Assembly (NCBI GenBank): GCA_043806635.1
Contig: JAZDGT010000015.1
Coordinates: forward strand, 964-64,963
Length of the DNA stretch: 64,000 nucleotides
Origin: Methanobacteriota archaeon
GTDB lineage: Archaea; Thermoplasmatota; E2; DHVEG-1
Reading direction: 5' to 3'
Shown here: piece after piece, positions 29,439 through 37,554 of the stretch
Position numbering within the stretch: the stretch's first letter is position 1
Layout of the letters: every line of letters starts with the position of its first letter
The notes under the pieces: model-generated
Told to the model about the DNA's origin: nothing
Database searches by the model: none
The model's input: the letters and a program-made list of their open reading frames with translations, nothing else
Translations under genes and position numbers: made by a program

Positions 29439-29754
29439 AATAATACCTTTGGTGAATGCGGAGAAAACTCCTCAGAAAGATGTCGTCCTTGATCCTGCAG
29501 GTTTTTTTGTGATTGAGGTGACGAGGAAGGGAATCAAGGTTGAGTATTATTCGAATGTGTACAGAGAGGGGAAGATTGTTTCTGGGAAACTTGAAAAAGT
29601 TTTTTCTGGGAAGACCGCGGATGCGTTAGGTGATACGATCGCGCAGCATATCCCGATGCTTCGTCAGGAGCATTATTTGTATCTGGGTCGGGAGTTGCAA
29701 CGGGCACAGTACGCGTTTGAGCATAAGGAGAAATACGAGCAAGAGGGTTGTTAG
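29428..29754 (+). CDS. DUF4346-like small protein
   Basis: Contains LDPAGFFVIEV...EHYLYLGRELQRAQYAF...YEQ, the pattern I associate with DUF4346, a family often found next to or fused with pterin-binding domains. The start is chosen at MGVKIIP. Confidence 0.5.
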   Translation: MGVKIIPLVNAEKTPQKDVVLDPAGFFVIEVTRKGIKVEYYSNVYREGKIVSGKLEKVFSGKTADALGDTIAQHIPMLRQEHYLYLGRELQRAQYAFEHKEKYEQEGC

Positions 29755-30536
29755 TCTCGTTTGATTGTGCTGTCGCCGTTGAGGTGGAGTTCGGTTTTCC
29801 CGTTGTATTGTTTTTGGGTGATTCCTGTGATATGTATGGGTTCTCCGATTTTGAAGTGTTGTATTTGTTTCACGTTTTCTCCCCAGAGGGTGAGTTGTTG
29901 TTCTTGATTAGAAGGGTTTTTGATAGTAATCGTGGTGACGAAGCCGAATTCTCCGTTGTCTTTGAAGAAGGCACGGGTAGGTTCTCGTTTGGTTAGAACC
30001 CCGGTGACACTGGTGGGAGGTTCTGATGTGTGATTGGGTTCAGGGTTCACTATTTTTTTGGTTGTGTCATGTTTTGGTTCTATTTCGAGTGCGCCCCATC
30101 GTCCAAGGTTTATTTCTATTCCGTTGAATCCGTTTTTAACGTAACCATTAATGATTTTTATGGTGGTGCCAATGTGGATGCGGTCGAGTTGGTCAGCGTC
30201 TTCGTTCCAGAGGACGAGTCGTGATGATCCTGTGGCGTCTCTGATGTCTAGGTTGATGACTTTTCCTTTGGCTCCGTTTTTTTTCTGGAAGGTTTTTGGT
30301 TCATGGATCGCTGCGATGGTTCCTTGTATGGTGCAGTCGGTATCGGGTTGCATGTGTGCTATGGGGGTGATGCTTTGGGTGTTTCTGCCGAGTTCATCAA
30401 CAATGAGTAAGGCGATCGTGTTGTCGTCGAATAAACCATCGTATTGCTGGGATCGGGTGCGTATGAGTGTGGTGAATTCTTTCCTGGTTTTCAGGTCTTT
30501 GATTCGTTCATAAAGTTGTGTTGTTGTGTGTTGCAT
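29751..30536 (-). CDS. rpa: Replication protein A-like ssDNA-binding protein (two OB folds)
   Basis: Two OB-fold-like units are present (CTIQGTIAAIHEPKTFQKKNGAKGKVINLDIRDATGSSRLVLWNE and VTGVLTKREPTRAFFKDNGEFGFVTTITIKNPSNQEQQLTLWGE). Confidence 0.7.
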   Translation of the reverse strand: MQHTTTQLYERIKDLKTRKEFTTLIRTRSQQYDGLFDDNTIALLIVDELGRNTQSITPIAHMQPDTDCTIQGTIAAIHEPKTFQKKNGAKGKVINLDIRDATGSSRLVLWNEDADQLDRIHIGTTIKIINGYVKNGFNGIEINLGRWGALEIEPKHDTTKKIVNPEPNHTSEPPTSVTGVLTKREPTRAFFKDNGEFGFVTTITIKNPSNQEQQLTLWGENVKQIQHFKIGEPIHITGITQKQYNGKTELHLNGDSTIKRD

Positions 30537-30656
30537 CCTGTTGGTAGGAATGAGATTATATTACTTTAATGCTCCGTTACTCTTGGGATAGCGAACTTTT
30601 TTTATATTATCTAATGTGTATGAAGAATGAAAAAAAAGAGAAAAAAAGGAGAATGT

Positions 30657-31313
30657 TTAGATTCTGAATCTGAGTTTTTTCTTGGTTTTTACTTGTTCGT
30701 CTTCGGTCTGATTCGTTTCAGGTTCTTGCTCTGGGGTATACGAGGGTGTTGTTGTCTCCGGGGTATTCTTTGGCAGATGTGCGGCAGAGGTGAATAATTT
30801 GTTGAAGAGTTCTTCATTCTGGTTAAACCAGTTCTGCCATTCGGTGACCTCTTTTTTTACCGTATTACATTCTGATTCGGTTTCTTCGTATAACCGGAAG
30901 AGTTTTGTGAGTCGCTCTTTTTCTTTATCAAAATCTCGGCAGATCGCCTCGTATTTGTTTTTATATTCTGCGTAGGACTCGTATTGTTTCAAATTTGTGA
31001 TCTCTTTTTCGAGGCAGGCGATCGTCTCATCCTTGTTTTGAACCTCTGTTTTCATCAGATTCATTTCTTGATTTAGACGATCCCGTATCGTCTCAAATTC
31101 TTTCATCTGTTGTTTATATTCGTTGACTTGTGCGGTATTTCTTTCGCTTTCCTCAAGTTTTTTCGTTAAGGTTGTTATCCGTGCAGTCAAATCTTTCTCT
31201 AACAGATTTCTGGATTGTTCAATCTCATGGATTCTTTCTTCGAGCATCGATGTTTTTTTCTCATGAGACGATAGTTCGTCTTCCTGGTTTTTATAGGCAT
31301 CCCAGAGTTTCAT
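30657..31313 (-). CDS. Coiled-coil protein, 218 aa, unknown function
   Basis: The first roughly 170 aa are heptad-like and E/K/L/Q-rich, followed by a T/P/E-rich tail and a basic C-terminus (KTKKKLRFRI). Confidence 0.6.
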   Translation of the reverse strand: MKLWDAYKNQEDELSSHEKKTSMLEERIHEIEQSRNLLEKDLTARITTLTKKLEESERNTAQVNEYKQQMKEFETIRDRLNQEMNLMKTEVQNKDETIACLEKEITNLKQYESYAEYKNKYEAICRDFDKEKERLTKLFRLYEETESECNTVKKEVTEWQNWFNQNEELFNKLFTSAAHLPKNTPETTTPSYTPEQEPETNQTEDEQVKTKKKLRFRI

Positions 31314-31337
31314 GAGTCGTTCTTTTTCATTTTCTAA

Positions 31338-31622
31338 TTATTGACTGTATAGTCTTGCACCTTCGGCTGCTTCTTCGCGTCGTCGTTCTGCATCGGTGAT
31401 ACGGGTTTCGAAATCTTGAATCATATTGGTGAACTTACTCAAGTCTTCAATACTGAGTATACTCTGGATTTTTTCTAACTCATCCATATTTTTTAAGAAC
31501 GAGTCTTTTACACTGTTTATCTCATTTGACGCTTGTTGTAAACGTTCAAGAAGAGTTGATGCGTGTCCCATCTTTTCTGCCTCCATATCCTTTTCTTTAG
31601 TCATACCTAAGCCTCCCAACAA
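31338..31622 (-). CDS. Small coiled-coil protein, 94 aa, unknown function
   Basis: Helical E/K/L-rich sequence. It lies 24 nt upstream of the 218-aa coiled-coil gene on the same strand. Confidence 0.5.
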   Translation of the reverse strand: MLGGLGMTKEKDMEAEKMGHASTLLERLQQASNEINSVKDSFLKNMDELEKIQSILSIEDLSKFTNMIQDFETRITDAERRREEAAEGARLYSQ

Positions 31623-31812
31623 TTTTTACCTGATGAGAATAAGGTTGTTGCTATATAAGCATTATTATTTTTATTGATACGTTTTTCCACAAAAAACGAA
31701 CTTGCTATGGGTTGTCATAGCAGTTTTCCTCTGTTTCTTGCATTAATTTAATAAACTACCTTCTCCATACTCTTTTTTGGTGTACTCCAATTACTAGGAG
31801 GGATGAATAAGG

Positions 31813-32478
31813 ATGGGACTCTTCGATAGATTACGCCTTAGTAGCTTTTCTAAGATGATGCAGAAGATCTTCGGGAAGCGACATGCAAAGATTGGTATTT
31901 ATGGTCCACCAAATGTAGGAAAAACCACGCTGGCGAATCGTATCTTGCGTGATTGGACCGGTGACATCATGGGGAGCGTCTCAGAGATTCCTCATGAGAC
32001 CAGACGAGCCACCTGGAAAACCAACGTGAAGGTTGACAACGGAACCTCATCACTCATGATGGATATCGTGGATACCCCAGGTATCGCAACAAAAATCGAT
32101 TTTAAGGATTTCATGAACACTTACGGGATGACAAAAGATGAGTCACGGAAACGAGCAAAAGAAGCAACAGAAGGAGTCATCGAAGCTATCCGTTGGCTTG
32201 AAGACATCGATGGAGTCGTCCTCGTCATGGATGCAACCCAGGACCCCTTCACACAAGTGAATGTGACGATTATCGGCAATTTAGAAGCAAGAAACCTCCC
32301 CATCCTCATCGCAGCGAATAAAATCGACGCAGAGGACGCAAGCCCTGCTACGCTAAAATCAGCGTTCCCTCAACACACGGTAGTACCTATCAGTGCATTG
32401 ACCGGGTACAACGCGGATGCACTGTACGGTATGATGGTGAAAACTTTCGGAAAGAAACGACGCAAAAAAAGAGGATGA
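31813..32478 (+). CDS. Small GTPase (Era/MMR_HSR1-like), archaeal uncharacterised subgroup
   Basis: G1 is GPPNVGKT, G3 is DTPG, G4 is NKID, G5 is SAL. The C-terminal tail is basic (GKKRRKKRG). Confidence 0.8.
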   Translation: MGLFDRLRLSSFSKMMQKIFGKRHAKIGIYGPPNVGKTTLANRILRDWTGDIMGSVSEIPHETRRATWKTNVKVDNGTSSLMMDIVDTPGIATKIDFKDFMNTYGMTKDESRKRAKEATEGVIEAIRWLEDIDGVVLVMDATQDPFTQVNVTIIGNLEARNLPILIAANKIDAEDASPATLKSAFPQHTVVPISALTGYNADALYGMMVKTFGKKRRKKRG

Positions 32479-32482
32479 AGAC

Positions 32483-32863
32483 ATGGCGAAAAAAACGTCG
32501 ACTGAGATCCCTTTTCACCTTGTCTCAAAGAGTAAATTGGACACCTTAACAACAACAGAAAAACTCGCATTCATCCTCGAAGAAGTAAAAAAAGGACGCA
32601 TCCTCGTCCTAGAACAAGGGTTAACCGCGACAGAGCAAGCATCGCTTATCAAGAACACGATGAATGAAATCGATCAAGACACGTTTATTGGAATCGAGAT
32701 GGAAGGATATCGGGATGAAAAAACTAGTTTTATTCAACGAGTATTTGGACTCATTAAAAAACCTCGTATGACTGTGATTGGACCAGCGAATTTACTAAAA
32801 ACGATTCATAAAGATAATGATACCATTGAGACCATGATCATTCCTGGTAAAGGAGAAACCTGA
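32483..32863 (+). CDS. Archaea-specific protein resembling DUF2073
   Basis: 126 aa. Contains LTTTEKLAFILEEVKKGRILVLEQGLTATEQASLIKNTMNEIDQDTFIGIEMEGY. It starts 5 nt after the GTPase stop. Confidence 0.45.
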   Translation: MAKKTSTEIPFHLVSKSKLDTLTTTEKLAFILEEVKKGRILVLEQGLTATEQASLIKNTMNEIDQDTFIGIEMEGYRDEKTSFIQRVFGLIKKPRMTVIGPANLLKTIHKDNDTIETMIIPGKGET

Positions 32864-33402
32864 TGCCACATCAATGTCTGAAATGTGGAAAAGTGTTTGA
32901 TGAAGGATCCTCCCAATTATTGAAAGGGTGCCCCGAATGCGGAGGGAACCGTTTTTTCTTTACGAAACAACCATTAACTGAGCAAGAACGATTGAAGATT
33001 GGCTCTGAGGTCCCTGATGATCTCACCGCGAAGATCACTGAGTTTATCGGAGAACAAAACAAAGGTGTTTTTGAGAAGCAAGGGAAATGGGTGACGGTGA
33101 AACCGAAGGAGATTCGTAAATTACTTGAGCAGCGTTTGAATAACGAGCAAAAAACGGTTGGTGAGAAAGAACTTCCGTTGGTTTTTGATGAGGCATATCG
33201 TAAAGCGCGTATTGAGAAACTGAAGAATGAGGCGAAGCATGAGGAAAACCCTGAGACGATCTATATTGAGACGCCGGGGAAATATAAGATTGATGTGAAA
33301 GGGTTGTTGGATCAGGAGCCGATTATTGTTCATAAGGATGGTTCGTATACGATTCATCTTCCATCCATTTTTAAGATGCTAGATAAAGATAAGGAAAAAT
33401 AA
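32863..33402 (+). CDS. Zn-ribbon protein (DUF2072/COG3364-like)
   Basis: The N-terminus is CLKCG...CPECGGNRFFF (four Cys). The stop of the upstream gene overlaps its start (TGATG). Confidence 0.5.
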   Translation: MPHQCLKCGKVFDEGSSQLLKGCPECGGNRFFFTKQPLTEQERLKIGSEVPDDLTAKITEFIGEQNKGVFEKQGKWVTVKPKEIRKLLEQRLNNEQKTVGEKELPLVFDEAYRKARIEKLKNEAKHEENPETIYIETPGKYKIDVKGLLDQEPIIVHKDGSYTIHLPSIFKMLDKDKEK

Positions 33403-33504
33403 TACGGTTTTTTTCAGTGAAAATAGTGATTTTTTTAGGGGGGAAGACAATAAATAGGTGATCGAAATTACGGTTAGTAATTACTCCGTGGTTGAGCGAA
33501 TTAT

Positions 33505-34725
33505 ATGATGAAGACGCGTTGGAAATGGTTCCTATTCTTTGGTGCTCTGTTGATCGTTCTCGCTCCATTGTCCATTGCGGAGAATGTGGTGCATCTTGAG
33601 TTTTTTTATAGTGATGGGTGCCCTGATTGTGCACAGGTTGAACCAGTTATCGATGAAATCGAAGACGAGTATGGTGCTCATCTCTGGGTTGAGCGGTTAG
33701 AAGTCGGCAGTATAGAGAATTGGGATCGGTTTCATGCATACGAGTTCCTCGAGGTCCCCGCAGTGGTTTTGAATAATCAGACGAAATATACTTTTACACA
33801 GATCACAAAAGAGAACCTGAGTACTAGTATTGACACGTATCTAGAGGGGACGACACCGAATGCATCAACGAATCAATCGTTCTGGATTGTTCAGACTCCC
33901 TTTGGAGAGGTTAATCTGTCTGCTTTTTCCTTACCAATTCTGACTATTGTTCTCGGTGGTCTTGATAGTATTAACCCGTGTTCGTTTTGGGTGCTTGTGT
34001 TTCTTCTGAGTCTGCTATTGTATGTGCAGTCACGTCGACGGATGCTGCTCATCGGAGGGATATTCATTTTCTTCTCAGGGTTTATCTATTTCTTGTTCAT
34101 GGTTTTTTTACTCGGTATTTTCTTGCTGACGTCTCAGCTCACCTGGATCGCGATATTTGCAGGGGTTGTCGCATTATTCCTTGGTGGTATTAACATAAAA
34201 GATTTTTTCTTTTTTAAACAAGGGTTGTCGTTGAGTATCCCGGAGAGTAAAAAACCGTCATTGTTTAAAAAAATGAGGGATGTGGTGAACGCAGCGTATC
34301 TTCCTTCGATGATCGCCGGCACTATTCTCTTAGCTATATTTGCGAACACGTATGAGTTGTTTTGTACGATGGGGTTCCCGTTGGTGTATACGAAGATTTT
34401 AACGCTCTATACGCTTTCTCCGGCTCAGTATTATCTGTATGTGGTGTTGTATAATGTTGTGTATATTATTCCTCTCCTGGTTATCGTTCTGGTGTTCACA
34501 ATTACCTTGGGACGACGAAAAATGACGGAATGGCAAGGGCGTATTTTGAAGTTGTTCTCCGGGTTGATGATGCTGCTTCTTGGTGTCTTACTTGTATTCC
34601 AACCTCAACTGCTTACGAACGTATTCTCGGTGATCCTTATCCCTGTTATCGCGGTGATCGTCACCAGTGTCATAGTGGTTCTTTCTCGGTTATACCGGAA
34701 AAAAACGATGAAAGAACCCCAGTAA
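33505..34725 (+). CDS. Membrane thiol-disulfide oxidoreductase: thioredoxin-like ectodomain (CPDC) fused to DsbD/CcdA-like transmembrane domain
   Basis: Has a signal/anchor, then LEFFYSDGCPDCAQVEP, then GGLDSINPCSFWVLVFLLS and at least 6 hydrophobic helices. Confidence 0.55.
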   Translation: MMKTRWKWFLFFGALLIVLAPLSIAENVVHLEFFYSDGCPDCAQVEPVIDEIEDEYGAHLWVERLEVGSIENWDRFHAYEFLEVPAVVLNNQTKYTFTQITKENLSTSIDTYLEGTTPNASTNQSFWIVQTPFGEVNLSAFSLPILTIVLGGLDSINPCSFWVLVFLLSLLLYVQSRRRMLLIGGIFIFFSGFIYFLFMVFLLGIFLLTSQLTWIAIFAGVVALFLGGINIKDFFFFKQGLSLSIPESKKPSLFKKMRDVVNAAYLPSMIAGTILLAIFANTYELFCTMGFPLVYTKILTLYTLSPAQYYLYVVLYNVVYIIPLLVIVLVFTITLGRRKMTEWQGRILKLFSGLMMLLLGVLLVFQPQLLTNVFSVILIPVIAVIVTSVIVVLSRLYRKKTMKEPQ

Positions 34726-34818
34726 AAAAATAGAGTATCTATGTCATTGAATAAGTTATAGAGATAAATGGAGGATGAAAAAAAAATCCTCCCTAGGAAC
34801 ATATATACTATCTTTGTT

Positions 34819-35238
34819 TTAGAGTTTCAATCGTCGATGAAGTTTTACCACAGCTTCAACCGCGGCTTTCGCGTTCTCAATACGGTCCTGTGCTTGAAGC
34901 CTAGTCATTCCTGGACCCGTGATCCCGAGGGCTACGGGTTTTTCATATTCAACCGCGATATCAGTGATTTTCCGTGCGGTGTGCTGAATAACGAGTTCAT
35001 CATGCTTGGTTTCTCCTTCGATGACTGCGCCGAGGGTGATCACACCGTCGATGTCTTTCCGTTGTATGAGTTTTTTGACGGGGAGCGGCATATCAAACAC
35101 TCCCGGTACTTTCACGATCTGGGTGATCTCCGCGCCGAGAAACTGGGCGTGTTCTTTCGCTTGTTCTAACATCATCATGTTGATATCGTAGTTGAACTCG
35201 GCGACGACTGCTCCTATACGTATGGTTTCTTTTGGCAT
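34819..35238 (-). CDS. ribH: 6,7-dimethyl-8-ribityllumazine synthase
   Basis: 139 aa. Contains IGAVVAEFNYDI...VPGVFDMP...ITLGAVIEGETKHDE. Confidence 0.9.
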   Translation of the reverse strand: MPKETIRIGAVVAEFNYDINMMMLEQAKEHAQFLGAEITQIVKVPGVFDMPLPVKKLIQRKDIDGVITLGAVIEGETKHDELVIQHTARKITDIAVEYEKPVALGITGPGMTRLQAQDRIENAKAAVEAVVKLHRRLKL

Positions 35239-35255
35239 ACTATTTTTTCCTCCTT

Positions 35256-36168
<913 letters not shown>

Positions 36169-36187
<19 letters not shown>

Positions 36188-36864
36188 GCTCGTATAATCT
36201 CTTTTCCTTCGAGGAACAGGAGACCGTTTTGTGTTGCGTAATCGATGACTGCTTCTTTGGAGAGTGCTCGACCATTCTCACCCATGATTTCACATCCGCT
36301 CCCTGCAGGGGTGAGTCCCGCCATCTCAAGGAGAGCAATGACCAGCTCCGTATGACCTCGACGTTCATCGAGGAGATGCTCAGCAGCGACACAAATAGGG
36401 ATATGACCTGGTGATCTGAACTCTTTCCCGAACGTTTTTATCGCCTGCACTTGTGTTTTATTTTGGATGGTGGGGAGAAGTTCTGCGAAACGTTTCATGG
36501 TGAGACTTCGATCGTTATCGGTTATACCCGTGAATGTTTCTCGATGATTAATGTACAATGAAAACGAGGATTTCGTATCATAGGGGATATCGTTTGGTAC
36601 GAGTGCTTTGATAATCGGATATTGTTTGTAGACGCTTATGTAGAGGTCAGTGAGAAATGGGAGATCAACGTGCTGAGCAACCTGATGTGATGTCATCAGG
36701 AAGATGAGGCCACCGCCATCTTTCCGCATGCGTTTGATTGCGTTCGGGGTGACGAACTGTGAAGCAATAACAAAATCAGTTTCTCCTTCTCGTTTCTCAT
36801 TATCGTAGACAAGGATGAATTTTCCTTGTTTGAGATCGTCTAGTGCTCTATCGATTTTTTCTAT
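36169..36864 (-). CDS. ribB: 3,4-dihydroxy-2-butanone 4-phosphate synthase; probable non-canonical (ATA) start
   Basis: The track ORF starts at the ATG at 36729. However, the same frame stays open up to the TGA at 36874-36876 and encodes the conserved N-terminus (I)EKIDRALDDLKQGKFILVYDNEKREGETDFVIASQFVTPNAIKRM. There is no ATG, GTG or TTG in that stretch. The sequence GAGGTGA lies 4-5 nt upstream of the ATA at 36862-36864. Confidence 0.8.
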
Positions 36865-36912
36865 AAGCTCACCTCAATAGAAATTTGCCTCCCTAAAATA
36901 AATATTGGGGTG

Positions 36913-37134
36913 TTACTCAGAAATGGGTCGTCGGAGTCGTCCTTTCTTCTGACACACTAAATACCGTGTGACATAACCTGCAACACGATTTCTGATAAGA
37001 TTACTATCAATATCGGTTAATTCTCCTACCTTATGCTTATTTTTTTGATAATCATCAGAGCTGAACTGATCAGGATAGAGTTTAATGAGTTCTAATGCAA
37101 TTTTCTTTATTGGTGTCTGTCGTACATTTCCCAG
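36913..37134 (-). CDS. rps17e: 30S ribosomal protein S17e (eS17); probable CTG start
   Basis: (L)GNVRQTPIKKIALELIKLYPDQFSSDDYQKNKHKVGELTDIDSNLIRNRVAGYVTRYL aligns with archaeal S17e, which begins MGN/MGR. The codon at the Met position is CTG (37132-37134), and GGTGAT lies 3 nt upstream. The only canonical in-frame start (37209) lies upstream of a TATA box. Confidence 0.75.
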   Translation of the reverse strand: MGNVRQTPIKKIALELIKLYPDQFSSDDYQKNKHKVGELTDIDSNLIRNRVAGYVTRYLVCQKKGRLRRPISE

Positions 37135-37176
37135 GGTATCACCTTTTTCGAGTGAACAGCCGAAATACGATATTAT

Positions 37177-37184
37177 TATATAAA
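37177..37184 (-). promoter_or_regulatory. TATA-box-like element (TTTATATA on the minus strand) for rps17e-rib transcription
   Basis: It ends 42 nt upstream of the proposed CTG start. It lies inside the 25-codon N-terminal extension implied by the ATG at 37209. Confidence 0.4.
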
Positions 37185-37554
37185 CCTGTAGGTAGACTTG
37201 GCTTTGCACAAATATACGGATTCATCCCGTATTTGTACAAAAATCGTCTCAGTATCATCCTCAAAATTAATACGAATAACAAGCGTAAAATTTTTTAATA
37301 CACAAAAAAATCTTACGAGAATATCAGGAGAAAATCTCCGAGAAAAAACGGGTGCGACACATAGTGTCATTCGTAGAAAAATTCATATAGTAATTAATGC
37401 ATAGCATGTGTCAGGCGGAGAGATGGGATTGCAAGTATAACAAAAAACTTTTTAGTAACGGTGTAATACACCTCCGCCGCCTCCCCCATAACAACTTTTT
37501 TTCCGGATATACGTATTATTTTAATACCAGGTCCCTATTTCACAGGTTGATTCT

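Noticed and set aside
31631-31700. Possible box C/D sRNA (a TGATGA at 31631, and another TGATGA at about 45566)
   Set aside because: No appropriately spaced CTGA D box or C'/D' pair follows either site.
37135-37554. Long AT-rich intergenic regions (this one and 47203-47675) as a replication origin
   Set aside because: There is no orc1/cdc6 gene nearby, and I could not find repeated ORB/mini-ORB-type elements. Only isolated G-runs and small hairpins are present.
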